A stretch of DNA of 64,000 bases from Octopus sinensis (GCF_006345805.1 NC_043001.1:39122001-39186000), one strand, 5' to 3'; shown: positions 12,977 through 28,500, numbered from the stretch's first letter. Notes: generated from the letters alone by a model not told the origin. Program-made: numbers and translations.

Positions 12977-13405
12977 ACTAGAGGCAGTAAATTCGCCACA
13001 ATAGAAGCAAGGTTCGAGTCAACGGAGCGTGCAAGGGAGTACTCGACTCGAACCTTGCAAAGTGGAAATATTTTATTTTCACCTTTATATCTGGGATGTA
13101 AGACGTCCCGGATAAAAATTTAAAATGTCCCCCCAGAAGTAGAGGTAGGCTAGATTGTAGCCACACTTCTATACAAGAGGGAGGACAAGATATAATTGAT
13201 CGAAATTGCAAGAGACAGGCCTACAATTCCAGTCTGTTATATTTTTTGAGTATTGTTATCACTAGCGATATCAAGATATAACTTTGTATTTTGTATTTTA
13301 TGCGTAGATGTATATATACAGATGTACATGTAATATGTACACATACATAAACACATATATACATGCACTAGCACTATGACCCAGCAACGACGGGTTATAA
13401 TGCTA

Positions 13406-13474
<69 letters not shown>

Positions 13475-13589
13475 ATTGATTTGTTTCCGTTCCTGTCTAA
13501 AAAATCCATATATATTGTTGTTGGCATCCTTTTTGTCTCGGGAGACAATGGAGTTGCGCATAAAAATAATCTAGTCTGGTTTTTACATT

Positions 13590-16540
13590 TCATGTATTAA
13601 TACATCTCCTGCTGTGGCTGTGTAATCCTATCCTGGACAAACACTCCCTCTGGCAGGTGTCACAAATGTAGCGAAGACTTTGCCTGGCTGGTTGTAATGT
13701 CATAGTTTTTTGTTGACATCTTTTCTTGTCTTTCCATTTCTCCTCTCTCTCTATGTCACTCCTTTGTGTTCCCTCTTTTACGGTACGTCGCTAATCTCCA
13801 TGGTTGCTGGCAACTGCTTCCCAGTTGGTAATATTAATGTTGCAGGCATTCATGTCCCTTTTGCAAACATCCTTTTATCGTAAGAATGGTCTTCCCACAG
13901 ACCTAGTGCCCCTTGCAAGCTCTCCATAGAGTATGTCTTTGGAGATTCTTCCATTTTCCATATGGCTAACATGTCCAAGCCATCTCATACGTCTTTGTGT
14001 GAAGAGTGAAAATATGCTTAGTATTCCTGCTTGAGGACATCTTTGTTGGGGACATGATTCTGCCATTTGATGCCAAGGATTTTCCGGAGGCAGAACAGGT
14101 GAAAGATATTTAGGCAACGCTCTTGGCATGTGTATGGTGTCCAAGTCTCACTTCCATACAGTAGAGTGCTACATACGCATGCCTGGTAAATCTTCATTTT
14201 TGTGGTCTTGGTCAGCTTATTGTTGTCCCATGCCCGTTTGGAGAGTTGGGCCATCACAACAGCTGCCTTGCCAATGCGTATATTGAGCTCAGCATCAAGG
14301 GATAGGTTGTAGGTGACGGTAGAGCCAAAATAAGTAAACTTCTCCACCTCCTGTAGTCTGTGGTCTTCAATATGTATGTTTGGGATGTCTCATGTAGCCT
14401 GACCCATGATGTTGGTCTTCTTGAGGCTGATAACTAAGCCAAAATTGCCATATGCTTGCTCAGAACAGTTGATGAGCCTTTGTAGGGCTTCTTCTGTATG
14501 TGATACCAGAGCAGCATCATCAGCAAATAGTAGCTCCTTGATCAGGACGCTTCTGATTTTGGACATACGCGAGAGATTGAACAGTTTCCCATCACTTCTA
14601 CTGTGTAGAAACACTCCATCATCTGATGTCTCAAAGGCATGTGACAGCAGCAGCGAGAGGAAGATGACAAATAATATGGAAGCTAGGAACAACCTTGCTT
14701 TACCCCATTTTTATTTGGAAGGCGGCTGATGTTGAATCATAGTGCTGTATGGTGCCTTGCATATCATCATAGAAAGATTTGATGATCCTTAGCAGCTTTA
14801 GTGGACATCCAATTTTTTTGGAGCATGATGAAGAGGCCTTTTCTACTTACCAAGCCAAAGGCTTTTGTCAGATCAATGAAGACCATATATAATGGCATAT
14901 TCTGCTGTCTGGAATTTTCCTGAGGTTGGCGTATGGAGAATATCATGTCAATAGTTGATATGCTTCTTCTAAAACCACACAGCAATTCTGGATAAATTCG
15001 AGAAGCAAGCAGTTGTAACCTACATGATAACGCGAGCAAAGGTCATTCCAACAGTGCTTAGAAGAGACATTCCACGGTAATGGTTACAATCACCACGATC
15101 ACCTTTGTTTTTGTAAAGTGTAATGATGTTAGCATTCTGCATATCCTGAGGGACTGTACCCGCTTCCCAGCACTGATACAGAAGCTCACGAAGGTGCTGA
15201 AGCAGGATGGTGTTTTTGCCGGTTTTGATGATCTCTAAGGGGATGCCATCTTTTCCCAGAACCTTGTTACTTGCTAGGGAGTCAATAGCCTTGGTGAGTT
15301 CTGCTATAGATGGCAGACTGTCAAGTTTGCACATGACTGGCAAGATCTTGACACCCTCGATTGCAGCCTCAGCTACCGTGGTCTCCCATCTATCCATTTG
15401 CTTGATTTGGTCCTTCATGAGATCTCCAGTAGTTGATTTCAGAGGGGCTGACTTGGTTGCGGATGGACCGAGGGCCTTCTTCAAACTGGCATACATTCCA
15501 CGGGTGTCACCACTGTCAGCAGCTGACTGGATACTCTGACACATTTCCTGCCAATACCTATTTGCACAGTGTCTGGCAGTCAGTTGGGTTTTATTTCTTG
15601 TCTTTCTGAGTTCTTTGAGTAACTTTGTAGAAGAATCACTCTTGTACTGCATCAGAGTTGCACGCTTTGCTTCGATAACTGTTTCCAGCTGAGAGCGCAG
15701 CACTGAACCAATCTGGGTTTTGGCTTTCTCTCATGCTGAAAGTATCTATTGATGTGGTATACACAGCTTCCCTGATATAATTCCACCTACTTTCAGCATA
15801 GGAGGTTGGGCAGCTACTGAGGGCAACCTTGATAGAAACAGCAAAACATTTTCACAGTGTAGGGTCCGAGGTTCTGGCAGTGTTTTTTTTTTCAATTCAA
15901 TTCAATTATTATTGGCTCAAAAAGCAAAAGCAAGGCCATGTAGGGGGACAGGGAGGGTGGTCATACAAAGCGTTCAGGCCATTTCTGGTCAAGAGAGACT
16001 TTGAACCAAGTGGTCATCGGCATCTTCACTATCTCGTCTGGCAGCTTATTCCACAGATCCGCAACCTGGATGGAGAAAGCCCCTTTCCTTCAATTGAGAT
16101 GAAATCATCATAGACAGAGCTTTTCGGAATAATTCCGCAGCCCACGCTCTGGAGCAGGAGTGAAGAACAGCTCTTTAGAGAGGTTACACTTTCTGCTTAT
16201 GATGTTGTGAGTATTCCGAATGACCGTCGAAACAAAAACAGAACTCCACGTGCTTTGTTGGCGTGTTAATGCGTGGTTGGCCCATTTTCTTGGAGTGATA
16301 GACTTTTTAAGGCAGAATCCTCACTCTGCTTCTTATTAGCGAATGATCTGTGTCACAATCCATGCTGTGGTATCTACGGGTAAGTTGAACAGAATTCAGA
16401 AAGGATCTTCGTGTATTGATGAAATCCAGCTGATGCTAGTGGTGAGATCTTGGATGTCTCCAAGATGCCTTGTGGGATGTCTAGCTGGCAAAGAATGTGT
16501 TGGTGATGCACAGGTTATGGTATGTGCAAAATTCAAGTAG
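13590..16540 (-). mobile_element. RTE-BovB-type LINE, ~3 kb, frameshifted, interrupted by a CR1-like fragment
   Basis: Endonuclease remnant 'CITNTFF...SWRHPRS...LD' and 'YHSMDCDTDHSL' at 16260-16540. RT ORFs 15020-15703, 14767-15039, 14390-14692 (LLFADDAALV), 14018-14347 (LLYGSETW), 13875-14144 (RWLGHV). Confidence 0.9.
15860..16262 (-). mobile_element. CR1/L2-like LINE 3' fragment inserted in the RTE-BovB copy
   Basis: Minus strand 'ANKARGVLFLFRRSF' and 'FSIQVADLWNKLPDEIV...FKVSLD'; RTE coding resumes on both sides. Confidence 0.7.
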
Positions 16541-16648
16541 TCTCTGACCATTGTCATTCATGTTGCCAATACCAAAACACATACACTTACATATATACAT
16601 ACATATATATATATACAATTGATTTGTTTCAGTTCCTGTCTATGAAAT

Positions 16649-17135
<487 letters not shown>

Positions 17136-18119
17136 TGCACCTATGTGTGTGTGTGTGCATGTGTGTGTGTATGTGTGTGCGTATGGGTGTATATATATGT
17201 ATGCATGTATATATGTGTACATATTACATGAACATCTATATATATATACATCTAGACATATATGTATACTTATACATGTATATCTATAGAAATACATCTA
17301 TACATATATGTGTATACATATACAGCTATACATACACATGTATACATATACATGTATACATATACATCTATATATATATACATGTATATATATATACATC
17401 CATATATATACCTGTATATATATTAGAAGAAATGAGGTAATCAGAAGATCAGATGGTTCATATTTACAGATATTTATTTATATATTACATTTTTTACATA
17501 TATATATCATATCATTCAGATCATTAGCGCTTTCTCCCATTCTAGTGGGGTTTTCAAATAAAAATAATTCCTTTGTGGGGAATTTTAATCATTTTATAAA
17601 GTTTCTCATAGTGGTGGGGAGGAACAAGACAGCACAAGAGGGTGAAGTGGATGAGGAGGTAGTGAGAGAGAGAACATGTGTGTATGTGTATGTGTGTGTG
17701 CGTTTGTATCTGAGGCTAAAGAGAAAGAGGGGAAGGGAGAGGGAAGAAGAAGGATTTCTTTTGGCCTGCTGGACCCCAAGGGAGTTCTAAGAATTTTAGC
17801 TTTGTCCATTTTAGTGTTACTGAGTGTGTGTTGGTGGGTAGGCAGGCCATAAATTACACCTTTTATGATTTTGAGGATGGTCAAATGCCATTTGGGGTCC
17901 AAGAACTCTTTCTACTTTGTATGATCGTTTTGTGGAGGTGTGTGTGTGTGTGTGTGTGTGCGTGTGTGTGTGTGTACGTGTGTGTGTCTCTGTGTGTTTG
18001 GAGAAGGGGAGAGAGACAAAAAGAGAAAAGGGAAAATAAAAATAAAAATAAGGGAGGGAGGGGAGAAGAAAAAAAAAATTTTTGTGTTGATATTTATACC
18101 ACTACATATATATACTCAG

Positions 18120-19737
18120 ACTTATACATGAAATATTTGAAAAAAAACCTTTTATCGGTTCAAAATGAACAACCAAATTACACCATCTTGAAAATTGTAT
18201 ATCATAGGAAAGTTAAAATTAAAGTGGCAATTAAAAAGTAAAGATGGAAGTAAATTATAAAAATAATAATATAATGTATATAACAGGCAATATATATATA
18301 TACATACACACATATATATATACACATACAGACATATACTAAATGTTCTACTATATTAGATTGTAAATCGAAAGATGCGTCCTTCAATGTCACTATATAT
18401 ATATATATATATATATATACATGCTTACACATGAAATATTAGAAAAAAACTCACCTTCTATCGAATCAAAATGAACAATCAAATTACACCATCTTGAAAA
18501 TTGCATATCATAGGAAGGTTAAAATTAGAATGACAATTGGCAAGTAAAGATCAAGTAAATTACAAAAACAATATAATGTATATAACAGGTAACATATATA
18601 TACACACACCTATATATTTATATATACACACATATATTAAATGTTCTACTATATTATATTGTAAATCGAAAGATTTGTCCTTCAATGTATGTTGAGTAAA
18701 GTTTCAGCCATTTAATTTGGGGGAGAACTTAGCTATGAAATATTTTTCCATATTCCTCCTGAAAGAGGTGTTGTTCTTCGGACACTTGTAGAAGGGAAAG
18801 ATCTTAAATTTTCCTTCTCCACATGTAGCTAGGTGTGTACTTAGTGGTATTTTGCGTAGTTCTTCCTGCCGAATATGTTGTCGGTGAATCCTGGCTCGCT
18901 GGCACAAAGAATTACCAGTTTCACCTACGTAATTCTCCTTGCACGTGGGGCAGGTTATGCAGTATATGACGTTCTGCATCTTGCAGTTCATATCTGCATT
19001 TACTTTGAATATGCCGCCATTTTTAAATCTCATCTCTCTGTTACCCTCTATGTATTTGTAGGTGGGGTTGCTGCAGATCCCACATCTACCATCTTCGCGC
19101 TCTTTTGCAAAGAATTCCGTTTTAGTTTCTGAAGAGAATTTCGCTCTTGTTAGGTGTTTCTTTAGGTTTTTGTCCTGTCGTCTACTGTTTTTTATGCTAT
19201 ATTTGTTTAATATGTTTTTCATTTTGGAGCTTTGTAAGGCTATTGGTAGGTTTGAATGTATGGTTCGGAAGATATTGGTAACTCCAGGGTTGTGTGTGTT
19301 TATAAAAGGGATAGTGTTTTCTTTGTTTTTTGTTTTGGGTGTCCTGAGTTGTGCGATGTCTAGTTTTAATGATCTTGTGATTCCATTTTCTATTAGTTTA
19401 AGGGGGTATTTTTGCTCTAGGAGGAAGTTTTTGAGTTCATCTAGTCTTATTAGTCGTATTTGTGAATCAGTTACTATGCTACATATTCGTCGTGCCATAC
19501 TATATGGGATGTTTCTTTTTGTGTGGGATGGGTGGCAGGAGTGAAAATTTAAGTATTGATGTGAGTCAGTTTTTTGTCTGTTGTGACGATGGAGTTGTGT
19601 ATTTTGATGTTGATGTCTAGGAAGGGAAGTTCATTGTGGCTGATATCAAATGTGAAGTTAATAGATGGGTGCAGCGTATTGAGGATGTTGTGGAATGTTT
19701 GTAAGTCCTCTTCTGATCTGTTCATATATACATACAT
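18120..19737 (-). mobile_element. Penelope-like element (RT C-terminus plus GIY-YIG endonuclease) with tandemly duplicated 3' region
   Basis: ORFs 19549-19737 (LHPSINFT...LPFLDI) and 18704-19498 (VIYCITCPTCKENYVGETG...H). The downstream ~270 bp is duplicated (18120-18390 vs 18428-18690). Confidence 0.9.
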
Positions 19738-20800
19738 ATCACCATGTTCCAGGGAGACAAACTAGAAGTAGTTGATAGCTTCCACTACCTAGGTGACCAA
19801 GTCAGTAGCGGGGGTGGGTGTGCTGAAAGTGTAACTGCTAGAGTAAGAATAGCCTGAGGAAAGTTTAGAGAGCTCTTACCCCTGCTGGTGACAAAAGGCC
19901 TCTCGCTCAGAGTAAAAGGCAGACTGTATGATGCATGTGTACGTACGGCCATGCTACATGGTAGTGAAACATGGGCCGTGACTGCTGAGGATATGCGTAA
20001 GCTCGCAAGAAATGAAGCCAGTATGCTCCGATGGATGTGTAATGTCAGTGTTCATAATCGACAGAGTGTAAGTACCTTGAGAGAAAAGTTGAACCTAAGA
20101 AGCATCAGTTGTGGTGTGCAAGAGAGACGTCTGCGCTGGTATGGTCATGTGACGAGAATGGCTGAAGATAGTTGTGTGCAAAAGTGCTACACCCTAGCAG
20201 TTGAGGGAACCTGTGGAAGAGGTAGACCCAGGAAAACCTGGGACGAGGTGGTGAAGCACAACCTTCGAACTTTCGGTCTCACTAAGGAAATGACTAGAGA
20301 CCGAGACCTATGGAAGTATGCTGTGCGTGAGAAGACCCGGCAAGACTAGTGGAGGCCATAACCCGTGGCCCCTACCTGGGACGTAGTCAGTCCACCTGTG
20401 CATACCTTCCTTCTTGGGACACTTGTGAAGACCTGTTGAGGCAAGTGAAAATCAAACCAAATCAAAATAGATGAACATCAATGGAATTTGTATCTTTGTG
20501 GTACCAGTGCCGGTGGCACGTAAGAAAACCATTCGAACGTGGCTGTAGCCAGTACCACATCGACTGGCCTCTGTGCTGTGGGCACGTAACAAACACCATC
20601 CAATCGTGGCCGTTCGCCAGCCTCGTCTGGCACATAAAATCACCCACTACACTCTCGGAGTGGTTGGCGTTAGGAAGGGCATCCAGTTGTAGAAACACTG
20701 CCAGATCTGACTGGCCTAGTGCAGCCTTCGGGCTCCCCAGACCCCAGTTGAACCGTCCAACCCATGCTAGCATGGAAAGCGGACGTTAAACGATGATGAT
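19738..20800 (+). mobile_element. RTE-clade LINE 3' portion
   Basis: ORF 19888-20349 'LHGSETWAVT...RRLRWYGHV...GRGRPRKTW'; family 3' UTR and (gat)n tail. Confidence 0.92.
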
Positions 20801-20849
20801 GATGATGATGATACATATATATACATATATATACATCTATATGTATACA

Positions 20850-20893
<44 letters not shown>

Positions 20894-22014
20894 TAATCCA
20901 AACAAGAAAACACAACAACGCGAGGACGTGGAACAAATATAGTATTATTGGACGCTCAGGAAAGATATATATATACACATGTAAATGTAAATTTAAAGTA
21001 ATAAGGTTGAGAAATTGAATATTAATTTGATTAATATGAATTGAAAACCAGTCGTGTAGCATATAAGACCATAGCAGATCTTCTTCTAGCAAAATGGATG
21101 TCCACTGTTAATGGTTCATCACTCTTACATAATAGTCTGACTTTAATAGTTTCAGTATTAAAGTGAAAGTATCTGACATTACAATAGAGAGATGTTTTTG
21201 TTTCACTTTTAACACATAATACTGAAATAGTGGAGAAGATATGATATTGATGTGGGCTCACCCTAGGCAAGAAGTTAAACATTTTTTTGCCCATGACACT
21301 ACATGGACCTTAAGTAAGGCATGTGTAAAATTTGAATGAAATTGGTTATGTAGTTCTCAAGTTTTAGGGATTCACACAGACAGACACACATTCTCAGTTT
21401 TATATATATTTTGGGTAGGTGTCTTCCGCTATAGCCCCGAGCCGACCGAAGCTTTGTGATTGAATTTGGCAGGCGGAAGTTACTGCCGTGTGTGTATATG
21501 TGCGTGTAGGTGCTTGTGCCTCTCCAAAAGAGAGAGAGAGATATCCATATATATATATATATGTGTGTGTGTGTGTATATATACACATATATATATATAT
21601 ATATATACACTGACCCGCTGTTCTTGAGGAGACCTATTGAGTCAACTACGTCTACACCAACATCAAAATAAAAATCAAATGGAAATTGTAGTTAAGATAC
21701 CTGTGCCGGTGACATGTAAAAAGCACCGTCTGAACGTAGCTGATGCCAGCGCCGCCTAACTGGCGTACTTGTTGGTGACACATAAAAAGAAACAACCTAT
21801 TGTGGTCGCTTGCCAGCCTCCTCTGTAAAAGGCACCCACTACACTCATGAAGTGGTTGGCGTGAGGAAGGGCATCCAGCTCTAGAAACACTTTCAGATCA
21901 GACTAGAGCCTGGCACAGCATCCTGGCTTGCCAGACACCGGTCGAACCATCCAACCCAACGGGCGTTAAACAATGATGATATATATATATATACATATAT
22001 ATATACATACATAT

Positions 22015-22770
22015 ATTGTTATATTTCTGAACCGCATGCAGTTCTCAGGTTACAGCCATAAAGAAAGGATCAGAGTATACAAAGGAGCCATGAAGAAATT
22101 TGATAATATATTATGTAATGATAGGAATGGGATTTGCCCACTCTATAGGAACAAGTCATGGAACACTATAGAAAGGACAAAAAAGAAAATAGGGAAGGCC
22201 AACTCTTGGTATGATAGCCATAAATACCAGAGTGTCATGTTCATTGACACCACCCCTGGAGGTGAACTGGCGTACCGCTTTAGAAGGACCCTAGACAAAC
22301 TTAAGCTAAGGATTAAGGTTGTTGAAAAGCCAGGCAACCCTATCAAATCTATAATTGGTAGAACCTATCCTTTTAGTAGAACTCCCTGTACTGATAAGTA
22401 CTGTACTGTATGTAGATTTAGCCCACAAACAAACTGTAAAGCCAGAAATGTAGTCTATAGTATAAGATGTATAGAGGGACGATGCAGTAACAAGACAACG
22501 ACATATGTAGGGGAAACGGCAAGAAGTATAGGAGAGTGGGTAAATGAACATTGGAGACAACTCAAGGAAGGTAAAAGCTCATCGATTCTGTACCAACATG
22601 CCGAACAGGAACACGGGGGATCAATCAACAACATAGAAATTAAAATATTGTCCACACATAGAACAGATGCAACAATCAGACAAATTACAGAAGCTACACA
22701 CATAATAGAAAATAAACCTAGCCTGAATAGAAAACTAGAATGGAACAATAGCACACACCACAACATATGA
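22015..22770 (+). mobile_element. Penelope-like element of a second lineage (GIY-YIG C-terminus), open frame
   Basis: ORF has 'FIDTTPGGEL...KVVEKPG', Cys-rich linker, 'VVYSIRC...YVGETARS', 'PSLNRKLEW'. Confidence 0.88.
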
Positions 22771-23604
22771 CGGTAGAGGATCCCGAAAACATAATAAGTA
22801 CACAGATAAATAAACAAATAGAAATAAATAACTATTTTTTTTTTTATTTATTATTATTATTACTAGTATTGTTGTTATACATACATACATACAAGCATAT
22901 GTAATGATAATAATAAAGGGATGTAAACACATGAACAAAATAAGAATAAACAAATACAACAACAAAAACAAATTACATGAACGTATATAAACAGAAGATA
23001 CAAATATTACAGGCATCCCCCACACACACACTAAATAAACATAGACGCACATAGAGATATAAGCATGCGCAAATGAAGACATACAATAGAAATACAAAAT
23101 GGCTGACGGTTAGTAAGGAGAGACACAAAAAAGAAAGAAGAAAACAAAACAAAGGACCACTGATGCAGTCACAGGAGTGTGACGAAAGAACTCTGGCCGA
23201 AATAAGATTAAGATTAATGTAAAGAACTAAATATCCCTGAAGCAAAATAACACCAAATATTTAGTGCATGTTTTTTTATTGGCTAAACTGACAAAATGAC
23301 CATTCCGTAATATAATAATATCTGTTTCAACACACGACTTCACATAAAAAATCTTGCACAGCAAATATATAAATGTACATACATATATATATACTTATAT
23401 ATATATACATACATATATATATATACATATATATATGTACATATATACACACATATATATACATATACATATATATATATATACACACACACACTAATAC
23501 ATATATATGACATATACATATATATAGACACACACATATATATATATACATATATATAGATCTACACACACACACACACACACTCACACACAGACACATA
23601 TATC

Positions 23605-24960
23605 TTCATCATCATTGTTTAACATCCACTTTCCAAGCTGGCATGGGTTGGACGATTTGACTGAGGACCAGCGAACCAGATGGCTGCACCAGGCTCCAAT
23701 CTGATCTGGCAGAGTTTCTACAGCTGGATGCCCTTCCTAACACCAACCACTCTGAGAGTGTAGTGGGTGCTTTTATCTGCCACTGGCATGAGGGCCAGTC
23801 AGGTAGTATTAGCAATGGCCATGCTCAAATGATGTTTTTTACGTGCCACCTGCATGGGAGTCAGTCCGGCGGCACTGGCAAAGACCATGCTCGAAAGTTT
23901 TTTCCCATGTTACTGGCACAAGTGCTAGTAAAACGACACTGGTAATGATTACGCTCAAGTGGTGCTTTTTACGTGCCACCGGCACAGAAGCCAGTCAGCT
24001 GCTCCGGCAACAATCATGCTCAGCTGGTGCTCTTAGCGCCCCACCGAATTCGATTTCGATTTCATTTGCCCTAACAGGTCTTCACAAGCAGAGTTTAGTG
24101 TCCAACTAAAGGTACGCATAAGTGGGCTGGTTATACCCCTGGCATAGGCCATCGGTTATGGTCTCACTTGGCTTGCCGAGTATTCTCACGCACAGCATAT
24201 TTCCAAAGGTCTCGGTCACTAGTCATTGCCTCAGTGAGGCCTAATGTTCGAAGGTCGTGCTTCACCACTTCATCCCAGGTCTTCCCAGGTCTACCTCTTC
24301 CAGAAGTTCCCTCCACATTTAGTGTATGACACTTCTTCACACAACTGTCCTTATCCACATGCAACACATAACCATACCAGCTATCCTCATCCTTTCTCAC
24401 CACATGACCATACCAGCGCAGTCATCTCTCTTGCATACCACATCTGATGCTTCTTAGGCCCAACTTTTCTTTCAAGGTACTTACACTCTATTGAGTATGC
24501 ACAATGACATTACACATCCATCGGAGCATACTGGCTTCATTCCTTGCGAGCTTATGCATGTCATCAGCAGTCATGGCCCATGTTTCACTGCCGTGTGGCA
24601 TGCGTCATACAGTCTACCTTTTACTCTGAGTGAGAGGCCCTTTGTCACCAGCAAAGGTAAGAGCTCTCTGAACTTTGCCCAGGCTATTCTTCTTCTAGCA
24701 GCTACATTTTCAGCATACCTTCCCCTGCTACTGACTTGGTCACCTAGGTAATGGAAGCTATCAACTACTAGTTTTTCTCCCTGGAATGTGGGGGAAGTTG
24801 ATTTCTGCATATTTTCAGTGTTTATTGCTCCTGAGCATCTGCCACATACAAAAACTATCTTCTCAGTTGGCCTTTCTTTGATATAACTGAACCAGTTATG
24901 TGTCCATAGCTTATACTGGGTACATCTTATAAAGTTTCTACCCACGCCTTTCCTACAGAT
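23605..24960 (-). mobile_element. RTE-clade LINE 3' portion
   Basis: ORFs 24571-25068 and 24164-24403 match the copy at 19738-20800. Confidence 0.9.
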
Positions 24961-25470
24961 CGAGCAGGATTTTATATATATATATATATATATATATGAT
25001 GGGCTTTCAGTTATATCTGCCACATCTACTAAGAATGCTTTTGTTGATCTGAAGCTATAGTATAACATACTTGCTCAAGGTGTCATGCAGTGAAACTGAA
25101 CTCAAAGCTACATGTTTGGAACACGAACTTCTTAGCCATGTCTGCACTTAACTCTTAAATCACACAGCCATAACTGTTCCAATATATAGTAGCTATGAAA
25201 ATAGCTGTAGGCTAGTCAGGTTCAAATCAATCTGCTATAAATAGCAGCCAAATTCACCTCAAATCACCAATTATCACCTTAATAAGGAAAATGAAGCTGC
25301 AAAAACAATATGAAATATCAACATATGCAACACCTTTAAACATAATTTATCAGCACTGGCCTTAGGATTAAACAGCAATAGTTATGATTAAATTCTACAG
25401 TGGATACAAATTTATGACAATTTAAAATTCTGAATAAAAATGTTTATATAAGAAACATATTGTTACTTAC

Positions 25471-25528
25471 CACAGAAGCATTGTGCAAGGAACAAGTATT
25501 TCAAATATAACGGGTTAAATTCCATTAT
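25471..25528 (-). CDS. Signal-peptide exon of the Ig-domain gene (IMEFNPLYLKYLFLAQCFC+G)
   Basis: Acceptor ttttctttgtag and donor GTAAGT; 58 nt, phase 0 in and phase 1 out. Joins the 3490 exon in frame (G|TT = Val, giving ...AQCFCVSLGIIEGG). Confidence 0.7.
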
Positions 25529-28500
25529 CTACAAAGAAAATGATAAATACTGATAGGAACAATTTCTATAAATAGTCCGTGATGCAAAATAATAGTGTAA
25601 AAAATAATTTAACATAAATCATAGGAACTTGTCTTTGCAAAAACAGGAACCCATGAGCAAGTATTATCATGGTGAAATTATGAAGAGCAGTATAGAGGAT
25701 AAGTAATAAAAATACTAGATACAGTTAATCTGAAAAATGCAAAGAAAAAACAGTGTTTTGTTTAGTCATATTTTAAGCATCTTCCATTACACTCTCTCTT
25801 TCAAATATCTCAGAACATCCAAGTAAAATATGATTTTCTATAGGGGTCACTATGAATTTTTGAAAATATTTAAATGTAATTTCTATTGTACATTTTCTTG
25901 GAGAGCATCCCAAAACAAACATTTTGATACCTCATTTGTGAAATTTGAATGAATATTTTAGGAGATATGACAACTTGGGTGGCCAGTGAATTTGTAAAAA
26001 ATCTTGCCTAATTAGCCTACATGAATAATTGAGCATTTTGTAATATATCTTTGAAACTGAGGTGATAACCAACTTTGAATAACACAAATAGGTGCCTTTC
26101 TTTTTCTTTTTTTAAGGTTTTTGAAAATAAAACTTTGTTTTGGGAGCAATTTTTAAAATATTTATGTAAAACCTATTTTGTTACATGTAACAAACAGTCA
26201 ATTTCAGTGTTTTCAGACTAAGCTAAATTCAAAAGTACAAGTCACAAGGACTTGAGTTTTGGCATATTTGTAATAGATGCAAGCTAAATAAATCCTGAGA
26301 TTTGGGATCATGACACCATTTCAATACAATTTTAATGAACTATTAAAAATGGCTATAAGCAGCAGAGTTTGGGATCAGGATGTCCATTTAAGCTGAATTT
26401 TGATGGGTTTTTTCCAATTTTCTTTTCACCACCACCTTGGAAATGACAGGCAAGGTATGTTATAAAAAGATTTCTTGAAAATCTATGATTTTTTCCAACC
26501 TCCTTCCCTCCCCTCTGGACTGATTTTGGCCTCTTTTTTTAGTACAATGTACTTAAAAAAACAAGAGAAACGTTTTGGTTATGAAATGATCTTTGAAAAC
26601 ATTTTCAAATGAAAAAGTGTATGATTTACAGAAGATTTAGCTGTTGCTTCTAGCACATGACATGATGACCTGGCACCTTTCTCAGAATTGCATGTAGACC
26701 CAGATTAAAAGACAAACAAAATGTGAAATCTAATTCCTTGCTTTAGCATTAAAAGCTTGAATTAAAGATATTAAAAACATCTGTAACATAGCAAACTTGT
26801 TAGTAGGAGAGAGAGACAAAAACCTAAAATGAATATTTAAACACTACTACACATTATCCAACTATATTCAAAATTGGGAAAGAAAATGCTTCATATTGAA
26901 CCTAAATAGTCTACAAAATAATATTCATTGTACAATATAATTGTGTTTGCAAAATTTTACCAATATTTCTCAAAGGACAATGAAATTTACATGTACAAGA
27001 ATATCCACAAGGTATAATTCAGACATCAATCTCCACACTTTGTTACACAACAAGAGGGAATAAAGATTCACAATACAATCATTCTATGCTAATTATGGGT
27101 TCTAGAAGTCTGAAGCAGCTCAATTTAGTGCATTTTTCTATAGAAATATGTTTACTTAGTAATTAGTTCATTTCTTGAAACTCTGGCTCAAACCAGAGCC
27201 TTGGATTCTGAAACCTCAGATTTGTGTTGTGTTTGACCTCTAACCACAGAGGAATATGTCACTTTGACTAGTAGTGTCAGTGTACCACTCTCTTTATTGA
27301 CTTTGCACTTTTTCACCATACTGTGGCCAGATTCAGCAATGATCATATCTAACTGGCAAGTAATTTTTCTTTCTTAAGACATAAAAATCTTGAAGAAAAT
27401 GTATTATTTTCTAAGTGAAAGTTGATAAAATTTTCACTTTTATATGTCATAGGGATTATTTGACCTACTTTCACTGATTTTTATATCAAAATAAAGCGGT
27501 AAAAGTCCTTTTCATGACAGTATGATCTGCAAAAGAATCAAGTAATACTGTTCCAGCACACTGAACAAAGATGAGAGCTACCTTTCAGTAGTCAAAAAAA
27601 AAAAAAAAAGGACAAACTTTGTGAATGGGTGGAAATACCAGGGTGATTAAAGGAATATGGCATAATATGCCATGAGTCGGATTTTGATTCAAATTATATG
27701 AGAAGAAAGTTCACATAGAAAACTTTCAAATGAAATATGATTTTGATAAAAAAAATGATCAAGCAAATAGTGTATTCTTGTATTGTCAAACTGTACTTGT
27801 CTCCCTCCTATGGTGCTTTATAGTGATAGCTTTCCAGAGTCAGCACTGCCAGTTACAACATTTGCAAATGAATATATCTAAGTAAACAATGCAATTGAAG
27901 AGAGAAAATGTAGGTAATGGGTGTATTTACATATTTCAAGAGTTATTGCTCTTTCATTAATACCACATCCAACCCACCAACAGTCCATGAATACATTGCT
28001 TAAATACCCAATAAGTTCAACAGTGTGACACAACTGGATAGACTAATTTACATATTAAACGCATTCCTGGCAAACAGTACACACATATAAATTGCTGGCA
28101 AGGTCAGATTATATCATTTTGCAACCATAATATATGATACTATACTTACACTAGTATAGTATATGCTATACTTACACTAGTATAGTATACTATTACACAT
28201 CCAACAGACTATGTTCGGTTCATTTAATTCTACTCTTCATAAATCTGCACTCAAAGAGGCCATGTCTCACTTTTAAACAGCATCAAACTTCATATACAAG
28301 CAGCATACAGTCCATCTTACACTCTGAGAAAAAACCCTTTGTTGCCAGCAGAGGTAATAACTTCTTGAACTTCTTCCAATCAGTTCTTACCTTTACTACT
28401 ATGCTCTCTGATCCCCTGCCTTTTTCATTTATTAGGTAATATAAGTTATTAACTAATCCTAGACAGCTCATCAACCACTCTATAGAATGATATGAGTGGA

